From contig CAWIXE010000001.1 in the NCBI GenBank assembly GCA_963840035.1, positions 1-64,000 on the forward strand: a stretch of 64,000 nucleotides of DNA, in the 5' to 3' direction. The DNA is from a candidate division FCPU426 bacterium. Its GTDB lineage: Bacteria; Oederibacteriota; PGYV01; Palsa-1178. The notes below the pieces were generated by a model. The model was not told where the DNA came from, ran no database searches, and saw only the letters and a list, made by a program, of their open reading frames with translations. Shown here in pieces: positions 9,592-20,300 of the stretch (the first letter of the stretch is position 1; each line of letters begins with the position of its first letter). A program made the position numbers and the translations under genes.

Positions 9592-10986
9592 TTACTTTTT
9601 AACCTTCCAGTAGCCGCCTCTATCAGGTCCTATACGTTCAATCAACCCGTTTTTCTTTAATTGAGATATATTAACTTCCGTCTTTCTTTCTGAGATGCCT
9701 ATAATCACCGCTAATTCAACGGCGGAAATATGCGGATTATTTTCTATTTCCCGGATAATTGTTTTCTGATTTTCGCTTACATGTATTCCCGGCTTTTCTC
9801 CGACCTTTTCTCCGACCTTTTCTCCGACCTTTTCTCCGACCCTTTCTCCGACCCTATTTTCCGCCTTAGCCCTGTACTCTTCCGGACGCTCAAAAATAAC
9901 GCTGAAAAACGGCCCGCTTTCAATTTTTGGAAAATTCTGCCCGGCTTTTTTCAGTTCGTCTTTTATCCTTTTCATGCCCGTCCCCATACGCTCAGCCAGG
10001 TCCATGCGTGAAAAAATATCCGCGATGAGTTCGTTCCTTCTTGCGGATTTATGAAGAAGCGACCTGACCGTTAGCCCGTTCATAAGCCTTCCGGGATTTG
10101 TGATGACTACCCTGTCCTCATGCACTTCCACCATAAGGCTGGTGCCGCGTATGGAGTAATCCCTGTGTATAATCGCGTTAGCAACAGCTTCACGCAGGGC
10201 AACAAAAGGAATTTCATAAATGTCCTTCCTGGTTATATCCCGTATTTCACTTCTTACATTAAGATGTTTCTTAAGAAAAATTATGGCTTCGTTAAACTGG
10301 GTTATAAGACCATCCTTTATGTCTTTCCTGTCATATATGTCAACCCTCTGCGTGCCTTTAAAAGCCACGCAGGTCATCCTGCACTGGATAATATGTTTTT
10401 CCGGATCTTTCGCGAAGAACAAAACACCGGCGTTATTTATGATGTTACCTTGCGCTAATTTCATTATGTTTAGAATCTGTAGCGGCTTGACTGAGGCTGC
10501 CGGGGCCCCTGTTAACTTCAAAAAATCCTTAATTTTACGCACGGATATATCATGCGGGTCAATATCTTTCCGGATTTGAGCTTCATATGGTGTTCCAGTA
10601 GCCTTAAAAATCCTACCCAGTTCTTTCCTGTTCATCTTCTGCGTCACCGCATCGAGCCTGCGGTAATACCCTGAAGAACACCCATGTGGTTTATCATCGC
10701 TTTCACTCACTTCAATCACCACCGCGCCGCCTACCTGCTTTATGGAAGTAATATCGACAGCCGGCTCGCAGTTCCTTGCCAGTCCAGATATTTCAGCTTT
10801 AAGCCTGTTAGAAAGATGTTCCCCTGTAATTTTACCATTATCATCCACGCCAAGGATAATATACCCGCCCCTGGTATTGGCAAAAGCGGAAATATCCCTG
10901 TCCATTTTCTGGGTAAACCGCTCCTTAAATTCGGCAGTCAACCCTTCCCCTTCTGAGATTAAAAGATTCAAATCTGTTTCTGTCAT
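9592..10986 (-). CDS. AlbA_2 (Schlafen-like) + HATPase_c_4 + wHTH protein
   Basis: GEGLTAEFKE..SAFANTRGG..LGVDD; REAVANAIIHRDY; ERMGTG; C-terminal ERIGPDRGGYW. Confidence 0.88.
   Translation of the reverse strand: MTETDLNLLISEGEGLTAEFKERFTQKMDRDISAFANTRGGYIILGVDDNGKITGEHLSNRLKAEISGLARNCEPAVDITSIKQVGGAVVIEVSESDDKPHGCSSGYYRRLDAVTQKMNRKELGRIFKATGTPYEAQIRKDIDPHDISVRKIKDFLKLTGAPAASVKPLQILNIMKLAQGNIINNAGVLFFAKDPEKHIIQCRMTCVAFKGTQRVDIYDRKDIKDGLITQFNEAIIFLKKHLNVRSEIRDITRKDIYEIPFVALREAVANAIIHRDYSIRGTSLMVEVHEDRVVITNPGRLMNGLTVRSLLHKSARRNELIADIFSRMDLAERMGTGMKRIKDELKKAGQNFPKIESGPFFSVIFERPEEYRAKAENRVGERVGEKVGEKVGEKVGEKPGIHVSENQKTIIREIENNPHISAVELAVIIGISERKTEVNISQLKKNGLIERIGPDRGGYWKVKK
9793..9855 (-). repeat. 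12-bp coding tandem repeat (GEKV/GERV)
   Basis: cttttctccgac repeated about 5 times, giving RVGERVGEKVGEKVGEKVGEK. Confidence 0.9.
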
Positions 10987-11007
10987 AAACCCCTCTACAG
11001 CCCTTAT

Positions 11008-11059
11008 AAGTGTATAATAATTATATAAATATTATACACTTCGTATACTTTATTGTCAA
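11008..11059 (-). promoter_or_regulatory. Consensus sigma-70 promoter with overlapping inverted-repeat operator
   Basis: TTGACA(11059-11054)-N17-TATAAT(11036-11031); the inverted repeat AAGTGTATAAT..ATTATACACTT covers the -10 box. Confidence 0.8.
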
Positions 11060-11233
11060 CTTCGAATTAATAAGGAGGATTTATATCGTTTATTACTTTT
11101 AGGGATAGGACCGTGCTTGCCGGAGGAGGCTAGAGATGTTCCAACTGCCGGACGGAAGGTCTCCGCCAGCCGGAACTACATAGCAAAGCGAATACGGTGA
11201 CAAATGCCCAAATCATTAGTTTATAATTCATAT

Positions 11234-13369
11234 TCATATTTTCTTATTCCTCAATAAAAGTGAGTTCGTCACCACGCTCACGCTTGAAAGCGCCATGGCT
11301 GTCCCCGCTATCATGGGGTTTAATAATCCGAAGGCCGCGAGCGGAATGCCAATTATGTTATAGAAGAACGCCCAGAAGAGGTTCTGCTTTATCTTGCTGA
11401 ATGTATTGCGACTTAGATTATGCGCCTTTACAACCAGCATCAGGTCATTTTTCATCAGCACTATGTCCCCGGCTTCCATGGCTACATCCGTGCCTGAGGA
11501 GAGCGCTATGCCTATGTCCGCCTTTGCCAGCGCGGGCGCGTCGTTTATGCCGTCGCCTACCATTACTGTCAGGCCGCTTTTTTGCAGCTCTTCTATTTCC
11601 CTGAGTTTTTCATCGGGCATGAGGCCTGCTTTTACATCGTCTATCTCAGCCTCGCCGGCTATGTAAGTTGCCGTCAGTTTGTTATCGCCCGTGAGCATGT
11701 ATACCTTCAAGCCCATTTCTTTTAAGGCCTCCACAGCCCTTCCAGCTTCTTCCTTGACCGGGTCCTGCGAGGCTATAACCCCGGTTACCTTCCCGTTTTT
11801 CGCCAGGAGCATGACTGTCTTTCCCTCTGTTTCATAGCTTTCAATTTCTTTCATTGTTGTTTTCACGCCGTTGTTTATCCACTCTTTTTTTCCGAGTTTA
11901 TACTGGATTCCGTCAATCACGCCTTCAAGCCCCATGCCCGGCACAGCCCTGAACCCGGATACTTCCTTATACGCCAGCCCTTTATCAACCGAAAATTTTA
12001 TAATGGCTTCAGCGAGCGGATGTTCCGAATTTTTTTCAAGTGAATAAGCGGCGCTTAAAACAGAGTCGTCATCGCCTTCTATGGCAATGATGTCTGTAAC
12101 TTCCGGTTTGCCTTTTGTAATTGTCCCTGTCTTGTCAAAAACAATATTTTTTGCCTTACCGAGGTTTTCAAGCGCAGCCGCGTTTTTAACCAGTATTCCG
12201 TTCTTCGCGCCTGCACCCGAGCCCACCATGACAGCCGCCGGAGTCGCAAGCCCGAGCGCGCACGGGCAGGCAATGACGAGCACTGCCACCGCGGCTTTTA
12301 TTGCCGGAGCTATTGCGTGTCCTGATATCATCCAGGCAATAAACGTAATCGCGGCAATAGCCAGCACTGACGGCACAAATATGGAAGCGATGGAATCAGC
12401 CAGCCTCTGAACAGGCGCCTTTGACCCCTGCGCTTCCTCTATAAGTTTTATTATCCTCGCCAGGGTAGTTTCATTCCCGACCTTTTCCGCCTTAAACCTG
12501 AAAGCGCCCAGTTTATTTATCGTGCCGGCCTTTACATTGTCTCCCGGGTTCTTTTCCACGGGTATTGACTCGCCTGTTATCATTGACTCGTCTATTGAGG
12601 ATGAACCTTCCGTTATCGAACCGTCCACGGGTATCCTGTCTCCGGGTTTTATTATAATGATATCGCCCCGCGCTATTTCATTTGTGATTATTTCAATTTC
12701 TTTGCCCTCCCTTATTATAAGAGCCTTCTTAGGCGCTAAATCCATCAGCTTCTTTATTGCGTCAGAGGCGTTCAGTTTCGCCTTTGCCTCCAAAAACCTG
12801 CCGAGAAGTATTACGGTTATAAGTACAGATGAGGTTTCAAAATATGAGTGGCTGCCGTGGCCGATGGCCAGCAGGTAAATGGAATAAAAGTAAGCGGCGC
12901 TTGTGCCCAGCGCCACCAGCGTGTCCATGCCCGTGTCAAAGCTCTTAAGGGAAACAAAAGTATTCCTGTAAAACTCCCAGCCGAGCGCGAACTGTATGAT
13001 GGTGGCAAGCCCGAAAACGATGTATTCCTGGTACTTAAAAGTCCCGGGCATTATTACCATGCTTAAGGCAACAACAGGGACCGCCAGTATGGCGCTGATG
13101 AGAAATTTGAAACCTATTTTTTTTACTTCCTTTTCCCTGGAGTATTCCGCGTCCTTTACGACCTTATATCCCTTGCTCTCGATGGACTTTATAATATCCT
13201 TGTCCTTAACAAGCGCCGGGTCATAGGAAACAGTGGCAAACTCGGTTGTGAGGTTCACAACAGCCTCGGTCACGCCGGGTTTTTTCTTCAAGGTCCGTTC
13301 TATAAGCAGTACGCAGCTCTCGCAGTGCATGCCTTTGACTTTGAAATTCTGTTTAAGCATTAGCTCCAT
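11234..13369 (-). CDS. copA: Copper-translocating P1B-type ATPase
   Basis: HMA GMHCESC, TGES, CPC, DKTGT, SEHP, GDGIND, YN and MALSS Cu(I) signatures. Confidence 0.95.
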   Translation of the reverse strand: MELMLKQNFKVKGMHCESCVLLIERTLKKKPGVTEAVVNLTTEFATVSYDPALVKDKDIIKSIESKGYKVVKDAEYSREKEVKKIGFKFLISAILAVPVVALSMVIMPGTFKYQEYIVFGLATIIQFALGWEFYRNTFVSLKSFDTGMDTLVALGTSAAYFYSIYLLAIGHGSHSYFETSSVLITVILLGRFLEAKAKLNASDAIKKLMDLAPKKALIIREGKEIEIITNEIARGDIIIIKPGDRIPVDGSITEGSSSIDESMITGESIPVEKNPGDNVKAGTINKLGAFRFKAEKVGNETTLARIIKLIEEAQGSKAPVQRLADSIASIFVPSVLAIAAITFIAWMISGHAIAPAIKAAVAVLVIACPCALGLATPAAVMVGSGAGAKNGILVKNAAALENLGKAKNIVFDKTGTITKGKPEVTDIIAIEGDDDSVLSAAYSLEKNSEHPLAEAIIKFSVDKGLAYKEVSGFRAVPGMGLEGVIDGIQYKLGKKEWINNGVKTTMKEIESYETEGKTVMLLAKNGKVTGVIASQDPVKEEAGRAVEALKEMGLKVYMLTGDNKLTATYIAGEAEIDDVKAGLMPDEKLREIEELQKSGLTVMVGDGINDAPALAKADIGIALSSGTDVAMEAGDIVLMKNDLMLVVKAHNLSRNTFSKIKQNLFWAFFYNIIGIPLAAFGLLNPMIAGTAMALSSVSVVTNSLLLRNKKI

Positions 13370-13385
13370 CCTCGTTTTGTTTTCT

Positions 13386-13534
13386 GTAGAGAGGGGGCTT
13401 GCTCCCTCTCAGATGTGGCTTCGTAATTCACCCCTCAACGTTTAGAGGGGGCAAGCCCCCTCTCTACAAGTTCTAAATATGTTTTATATAACGGTATCTT
13501 TTTTTTGCAGGGGCGATTCGCGAATTGCCCCTGC
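13386..13534. repeat. Three REP-like palindromes between copZ and copA
   Basis: gtagagagggggcttgctccctctc (13386), agagggggcaagccccctctctac (13444) and gcaggggcgattcgcgaattgcccctgc (13507). Confidence 0.85.
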
Positions 13535-13538
13535 AAAA

Positions 13539-13742
13539 TCACGCTTTATAGCCTGCTTCGACTATCTTTGCTTTTATCTCTTCAAGGGTCGTCTTCTTCT
13601 CGTCGTACTCGACCTTAACCTCGCCCTTTTTGCTGTCCGCCTTTACTTTCTTAATGCCGGGCAGTTCCGACACAAATTCCTGCGCGTTCATCTCGCACCC
13701 GCCGCAGTGCATGCCTGTGGTTTTAACAACATCAACTTTCAT
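13539..13742 (-). CDS. copZ: Copper chaperone (HMA domain)
   Basis: GMHCGGC..EAGY; start moved to ATG 13742 behind AAGGAGG. Confidence 0.9.
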   Translation of the reverse strand: MKVDVVKTTGMHCGGCEMNAQEFVSELPGIKKVKADSKKGEVKVEYDEKKTTLEEIKAKIVEAGYKA

Positions 13743-13760
13743 AAGAGCCTCCTTTAGTTT

Positions 13761-13874
13761 AATCACAAATCCCAAATCACATATCCCAAATTGAAAACCG
13801 AACTCAAGCCACAATTCCCCTGATTGCTTCCCGTCTTCAACCCCTTTGGGATTTGTGATTTGGGATCTGTGATT
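13761..13874. repeat. Heptamer-periodic inverted-repeat element
   Basis: (ATCACAA/ATCCCAA)x4 arm, a loop, then the reverse-complement arm; close copies at 20570 and 38145. Confidence 0.85.
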
Positions 13875-14439
13875 ACTTTATCTCCTCAAACTTCATCGCC
13901 GCGGAATTCATGCAGTACCTTAAACCCGTAGGCGCAGGACCGTCGTCAAAGACGTGGCCTAAGTGCGCGCCGCATCTGGCGCATACCACCTCGGTTCTTA
14001 CCATTCCGCCACTTGTGTCCTTGATTTCAATTATATTCAGGGGCGATACCGGCTTGAAAAAACTCGGCCAGCCCGTGCCTGACTCAAACTTGGTGTCGGA
14101 AACAAAAAGGTCTGTCCCGCATACCACGCACTTATATATGCCCTTCTTATGGTTGTTTAAAAGCGCGCCTGTAAACGGCCTCTCCGTACCCTTATTTCTT
14201 ACCACATAGCACACATCCGCGGGAAGCTCTTTTTTGTACTCCTCCTCGCTCTGTATGACTTTATCAACTTCCACTTCCTTATTAAGCTTATAATCAAATA
14301 TCTTTATCTTTCCTGGCATGGCCACAAACCCGCCCTGCTGTCCGCTGTTTTTCATTGTGTTCCCCCCCTCTTTTAGACATCCTGATGCCGTTAATAATAT
14401 AATTATTGATACCGCTGCGGTTATGTTCGCCAGCTTCAT
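13873..14439 (-). CDS. msrB: Methionine-R-sulfoxide reductase with lipoprotein-like signal
   Basis: [40 protein letters not shown]-terminal LLTASGC; start at ATG 14439 behind AAGGAGG. Confidence 0.93.
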   Translation of the reverse strand: MKLANITAAVSIIILLTASGCLKEGGNTMKNSGQQGGFVAMPGKIKIFDYKLNKEVEVDKVIQSEEEYKKELPADVCYVVRNKGTERPFTGALLNNHKKGIYKCVVCGTDLFVSDTKFESGTGWPSFFKPVSPLNIIEIKDTSGGMVRTEVVCARCGAHLGHVFDDGPAPTGLRYCMNSAAMKFEEIK

Positions 14440-14630
14440 AATGCCTCCTTTATACGTTTTGTGCCGTCCTGAATTCATGTGCCTGCCTTGAAAAGCCGCC
14501 TGTTAGTTAATTATACCTTATTTTTTCCGATTTGCCATTAACCTAATAAAACAGAAAAAGCAGGTGGAGCGCCTGCCGTGGGGCCGTAAAATACACAGCC
14601 AAAATTCCGTAAATTTGACTGCGAAAATTG

Positions 14631-15326
14631 TTACATTACTATTTTATAATTGAACATAGGGGTTTTCATGATGGGCCACAGCCTTAGCCATATGGGCATG
14701 AGCATTTCCACGCCCCTGGCGGTGGTGATGTCCCCCAGGTCTATGATATTCTTCCACCCGTACCACAGCCTCTGCATTTCCGTGACCGCCGCCTTTGCGC
14801 CGGCGTCGTTGCCGCTTACGAATATGTGGTGGTCGCCGCCGGCCACCAGCGCCGGGTTTACCTGTACCGGGGCCGACATGGTATTGAAGGTCTTTACGAC
14901 TTTAACCGCGGGAAGCGCGCGCTGTATCTGTTCTCCCAGCGAGTCCGTATTGCACACTAAAAGCGCGGGGGGCATGCCTTTTGAAAAATCAAGCGCGTTG
15001 GTTATGTCGATAAGGATCCTGCTTCCCAGCGCTGTTTCAAGCGGTTTAAGCGCCTGCAAAGCCGCCTCTCCTTTGAGCGCGTTAATAATGATATCCCCAA
15101 ATGCCGCCGCCTCATTAAATGCATTAAGTTTTATCCCTGAGCGCGATTTTAACCATACGCTGAGCGGTGGATTTCCCATTTCATCCGGCTTCGATATAGA
15201 CATGGTTTTTTCCACATCTCTGGTGCCCAGGGCAACGGCATGCCCCTGTGACGCGAGCCTCTCCGCGTGCGCCCTGCCGACCATGCCTGTCCCGAGAATT
15301 CCTATCCTGATTTTTTTTCCGTCCAT
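14631..15326 (-). CDS. NADP-dependent oxidoreductase (F420-dependent NADP reductase-like)
   Basis: GILGTGMVG Rossmann motif, DITNAL, VVKTFN, DLGDITTAR. Confidence 0.85.
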   Translation of the reverse strand: MDGKKIRIGILGTGMVGRAHAERLASQGHAVALGTRDVEKTMSISKPDEMGNPPLSVWLKSRSGIKLNAFNEAAAFGDIIINALKGEAALQALKPLETALGSRILIDITNALDFSKGMPPALLVCNTDSLGEQIQRALPAVKVVKTFNTMSAPVQVNPALVAGGDHHIFVSGNDAGAKAAVTEMQRLWYGWKNIIDLGDITTARGVEMLMPIWLRLWPIMKTPMFNYKIVM

Positions 15327-15353
15327 AAATGCCTCCTTTATTCAATGGATCTG

Positions 15354-15920
15354 TTAAGCCTTAATATAATGCGCCGCTATGGTCCCTGACTTAAACATCC
15401 TGGATTCACATAGTTTAAGGTCTATACTGTCCCTGATCCCTTTAAGGAAACCAGTTCCGCCGCCTATGACTTTTGGCACAATGAGAATCCTGAATTCATC
15501 TATAAGTCCAAGTCCTGCGAATGTTGCTGCCAGCCTGGCCCCTCCGGCGACAAGTATGGCGCCGCCCTGGGATTGCCTGATCCTCGCCACTTCAGTGACC
15601 GGGTCCCCTGGTACAAGCGTTGAATTTTCCCAGTCAGCGGATTTCAAGCTGTTGGAAAATACATACTTATGCGCTTGAGCGATCCATTCTGAGTATTCTT
15701 TTTCATATTTATTGCTTTTTGGGCTCGCTCCGGCAGCCGGCCAGTACTGTAAAAAGCCCTCATAAAGGACCCTCCCCATTATGACCGCGTCAGACGTGTT
15801 AAAACTTTCAAAATTATGCTCCCACGCTTCAGCGCCGGTATCCACCCATGACATGTCCCCTTCAGGGCCGGCTATATAACCGTCCAGTGTCACCTGCATC
15901 CCTAAAATGATCCTGCGCAT
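15354..15920 (-). CDS. Dihydrofolate reductase/RibD C-terminal family protein
   Basis: VTLDGYIAGP, MGRVLYE, GGARLA, LIDEF, GGG. Confidence 0.85.
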   Translation of the reverse strand: MRRIILGMQVTLDGYIAGPEGDMSWVDTGAEAWEHNFESFNTSDAVIMGRVLYEGFLQYWPAAGASPKSNKYEKEYSEWIAQAHKYVFSNSLKSADWENSTLVPGDPVTEVARIRQSQGGAILVAGGARLAATFAGLGLIDEFRILIVPKVIGGGTGFLKGIRDSIDLKLCESRMFKSGTIAAHYIKA

Positions 15921-15935
15921 ATCCCCTCCACGTCC

Positions 15936-16367
15936 CTAAGGGACCAGTCTGGCTTCCAGTTCAATCAATCCTACGTTCTTAAGCGCCACTGAAACCGGGC
16001 ATCCTTCTTTCGCCATAGCCGCGCACTTCTGGAATTCAGCGTCGGTTATACCGGGGACGCTCGCCTCAGTGAAAAGTTTGATGGACTTAATCTCAAAACC
16101 CTCCCCCTGTTTGTCTATGCCCACGCTCGCGGTGGTTGCAATCTTTACGGGCTTAAACCCTGCATTGCCCAGTATCATGGACAGCGCCATGGAAAAACAC
16201 CCTGAATGTGCCGCGCCTATCAATTCCTCCGGGTTGGTACCCGGCCCGTCCTCAAAACGCGAGGAAAAAGAATACGGAAGTTTCAGGTCCCCTCCGCCTA
16301 TCCACATGGTCCCCCTGCCGGTATTTATGGAACCTTCCCAGACTGCCCTGCTTTTCCTGACGATCAT
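15936..16367 (-). CDS. osmC: OsmC family peroxiredoxin
   Basis: SRFE..GTNPEELIGAAHSGCFSMAL..AKEGCPVS. Confidence 0.92.
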   Translation of the reverse strand: MIVRKSRAVWEGSINTGRGTMWIGGGDLKLPYSFSSRFEDGPGTNPEELIGAAHSGCFSMALSMILGNAGFKPVKIATTASVGIDKQGEGFEIKSIKLFTEASVPGITDAEFQKCAAMAKEGCPVSVALKNVGLIELEARLVP

Positions 16368-16639
16368 AACTCACCCCCATTTTTTTAAAATTATACAAAG
16401 TGAATTCATATGGTGTTATTTGTGCCGGTTTTTAGGTATACAAAATATATAGCATAAAAAAACAAGTATTGCAAATTTCCGGGGTAACTACTGTGTGTTA
16501 TATAAGAGTATTCCATGGAAAGATAAGAGCGGAAACTTTTAAATATATAGCCGCACCCCGTTTAAAATATAAACATCCAAATTGGGCTCAATTCATATTT
16601 TAAAAAGGGTGCTTGTATCCAGGGTTAATCTGCATGCCG

Positions 16640-17149
16640 TTATTTTATGTATTTGTCCGGGTTCTCATTAAATGGTTTAACGCACTCAGCGCAGCATAAG
16701 TAGTATTTAACTCCCCTGTAAGCGTAAACTGCGTATGCGTCTTTTTTCTTGAACTTGGTACCCATGACCGGGCAGGTTACCATGTCGTCCGGATTGCCGT
16801 CCATCCTGGCGTCTGTTACGCGCGGGTTCCTTGCGGCAGTTGTCCCTTTTTCCGATTTGTTAGCGCACATTTCAACGCATTTTTTCGCGCTTTCCTGTAT
16901 GGCCTTAGCGTCTGCCCCGCCTTTTTTTGCCTTGATGGTTATAACCGCGCCGTCAGCCGTATCCTTCACGCTGTAATCAGCGTTAAGGTTCATCACGCAG
17001 TCCATACCCATGCCCATTTTACAGTTTTTCATGCCGTCCATCTTCATGTCGCCCGTCTTCATCTGCCCGCCGCATTTCATCTCCGCCATCAGCGCTGAAA
17101 CTGAAATCACAAACAGTATTGCCACAACCAGTCCAATTGTCTTTTTCAT
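16640..17149 (-). CDS. Secreted Met/Cys-rich protein with C-terminal YHS domain
   Basis: Signal peptide from ATG 17149; Met-rich N-terminus; CPVMG..YYLCCAECVKPFNENP. Confidence 0.8.
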   Translation of the reverse strand: MKKTIGLVVAILFVISVSALMAEMKCGGQMKTGDMKMDGMKNCKMGMGMDCVMNLNADYSVKDTADGAVITIKAKKGGADAKAIQESAKKCVEMCANKSEKGTTAARNPRVTDARMDGNPDDMVTCPVMGTKFKKKDAYAVYAYRGVKYYLCCAECVKPFNENPDKYIK

Positions 17150-17311
17150 TTTGTTCTCCTTTAACAGTATTTGTCTGCATTCAATACGGGCGATTCGTGA
17201 ATCGCCCCTACAAAAATCCGGTAGATGTTTCCGCCTCAACGGCAAACCGCCTCAAGATATCGTCTCCCTTTGTTTCAGAAAGGGAGATAAGAGAAGGGAT
17301 TTCTGAAGCTC

Positions 17312-20300
17312 TCACTTGAGCCCTTTCTTTTTCCAGAGTAAGTATATCGCCGGATACACAAGCAGTTCCATGATAAACGACGTGAATATGCCTCCCACCA
17401 TGGGCGCTGCTATCCTTTTCATCACGTCCGCGCCTATCTCATATGACGCGGCCCACATGATGGGCAGCAGTCCGAAGAACATGGTTAAAACCGTCATCAT
17501 TTTCGGCCTTATCCTTTTTACAGCGCCGTGGTGTATCGCGTCTTTCAGGTCGTCTATTGTCTTAAGCAGCCCTTTATCCTTCTTTTCCTTATAAGCCAGG
17601 TCAAGATAAAGCAGCATGAAAACCCCTGTCTCAGCGTCCACGCCCAGCAGCGCTATGATGCCGCACCACACGCCTATGGATATGTTATACCCGAATATGT
17701 GCAGCGCCCATACAGCGCCTACAAGCGAAAACGGTACAGCCAGCAGTATTATGAAAGTCTTAATGTACGAACCTGTATTCATGTAAAGAAGTATGAATAT
17801 TATAAAGAGCGTCAGCGGCACTACGACGCCCATCTTGTCCTTAACCCTCTGCATGAATTCATACTGCCCAGAGAACGCCAGCGAATAGCCTGCAGGCAGG
17901 TTTATCTTTTCCTTTATTACTTTTTTCGCGTCAGCCACGTAGCCGCCTATGTCGCGGCCGTCCACGTCCACGTAAACATACCCGGTGAGTTTTCCGTTCT
18001 CATCCCTTATCATGCCAGGGCCGAGCGTTATTTCCAGGTCAGCAAGCTGAGATATGGGTATCTGCCTGCCGTCCATTGTCGCTATGTATGTCTTTTTTAA
18101 TTTTTCTATATTGTCCCTGAGGTCGCGCGGGTAGCGCACGTTCACCGAGTACCTTTCCCTGCCTTCTATTGTCTGGGTAATGGTTTCCCCGCCGATGGCC
18201 GCCATAATGTTCATCTGCACTTCCTGCATGGAAAGGCCGTACCGCGCTATTTCCTTCCTCTTGATATTGAAGTTCACGAAGTACCCGCCCGCTGTCCTTT
18301 CCGCAAACGCGCTGCGCGTGCCCTTAACCATGGATATCTGGCTTTCTATTTCCTTGCCCAATCTCTCTATGACACTCAGATCGTCGCCGTAAATTTTTAT
18401 GCCGACGGGCGTGCGCACTCCCGTGGTTAGCATGTCGGTCCTTCCTTTTATCGGCATGGTCCACGCGTTTACCTGGCCCGGTATCTTTAATGCCCCGTCC
18501 ATCTCATTTATAAGGTCGTCCCATGTGATCCTGTCAGGCCAAAAAAGCCTGAAAGGCCCCTGCAAAAATCCAGGTATGAATTTTGAATACCACCTGTCCT
18601 TGTGCCTCCACTGGTCCATGGGCTTTAATAAAACGGTCGTCTCCATCATGGAATAAGGCGCGGGGTCTGTGGCTGTGGCTGCCCTGCCTGCCTTGCCGAA
18701 CACGCTGATAACCTCAGGGAATGATTTGATTATCTTGTCCTGCACCTGAAGCAGCGCCGATGCCTGCGTTACTGAAATCCCGGGAAGAGTCGTGGGCATA
18801 TATAATATGGAACCTTCATTTAAGGGAGGCATAAACTCGCTGCCAAGGGTAAAAAAGAATGGCAGTGTGAATATCATGACGCCTATTGCCGCGCCTATTA
18901 CAAACTTCGGCTTTTTAAGGACAAAATCAACGGCAGGCCCGTAAAATTTAAAAAGCCATTTTGAGACGGGGTGTTTCTCCTCGGGATGAATCTCGCCTAT
19001 CATGACCTTATTTACAAAGTTATTCAGCCATAAAGGTTTTATGGATACTTTATTCACGCGTATGAGCATGGTAATCAGGGCCGGCGCCAGTGTTATCGCC
19101 AGTATCGCCGAAAAGAGCATGGCGAAATTTTTCGTGTATGCCAGCGGCTGAAACAGCCTGCCTTCAATTCCTTCCAGGGTAAATATGGGGATGAATGAAA
19201 CAGCGATGACAAGTAAAGAGAAAAAGGACGGGCCGGCCACTTCCTTTATCGCGTCTATCATTATTACTTTATAATCCCCTTTGCCGCCCTCTTCCTGCCA
19301 GCGGGATAGTTTCTTGTGGGTATTTTCGACGACAACTATGGCCGCGTCTATCATGGCGCCTATGGCTATGGCAATGCCGCCCAATGACATTATGTTCGAG
19401 GTAAGCCCCATCATCTTCATGGGGATAAATGACATGAGCACAGCCACCGGCATGAGCAGTATGGGCACAAAGGCAGACGGGATATGCGCGAGGAATATAA
19501 GTATAATAATAGCCACGACTATCATTTCTTCCAGCAGCTTTTTCTTTAGGGTTCCGACCGCTTTATCTATGAGCTCTGACCTGTCATATACCGGCACCAC
19601 TTCCACGCCATCGGGAAGTTTGACTTCCTGGATCTTTTTCTTTACCCGTTCGATGACATTAAATGCGTTTTCCTTGTAGCGCATGACAACTATGCCGCCC
19701 GGCGCCTCGCCAATGCCGTTAAAATCAGAAACCCCGCGCCTTATGTCAGGCCCGAGCTTTACTTTCGCAACGTCAGCGATCCTTACAGGGGTTCCGTCCA
19801 TTGTGGACTTTAAGACCGTCTCTTCTATGTCTGAAATATTCTTTATGTAGCCGCCGACATTTACCATATATTCCGCGCCTGAGAATTCCAGGAGCCTCGC
19901 GCCTGCCGCCTCATTGGATTTCCTGATCGCGTCGACAACCGCGCCAAGGGGTATGCCGTAAGAGATAAGCGCGTTCGGGTCGACTATTACCTGGTACTGT
20001 TTCTGGAACCCGCCGATTGACGCCACCTCAGCCACGCCTTTTACGGACTGCAGCGCGTACTTTAAATGCCAGTCCTGGAAAGCGCGGAGTTGTTCTGTGG
20101 AATTCTTGCCTGTCTTATCCACGAGCGCATACTGATAAACCCAGCCCACGCCTGTGGCGTCAGGCCCTATTTCCGTCTTAACTCCCGCCGGGAGCTGCGA
20201 CTGTATCTTGGATAAATATTCCATGACGCGCGAGCGCGCCCAGTATACGTCTGTCCCGTCCTCAAATATCACGTATACATATGAAAAGCCGTAATCTGAA

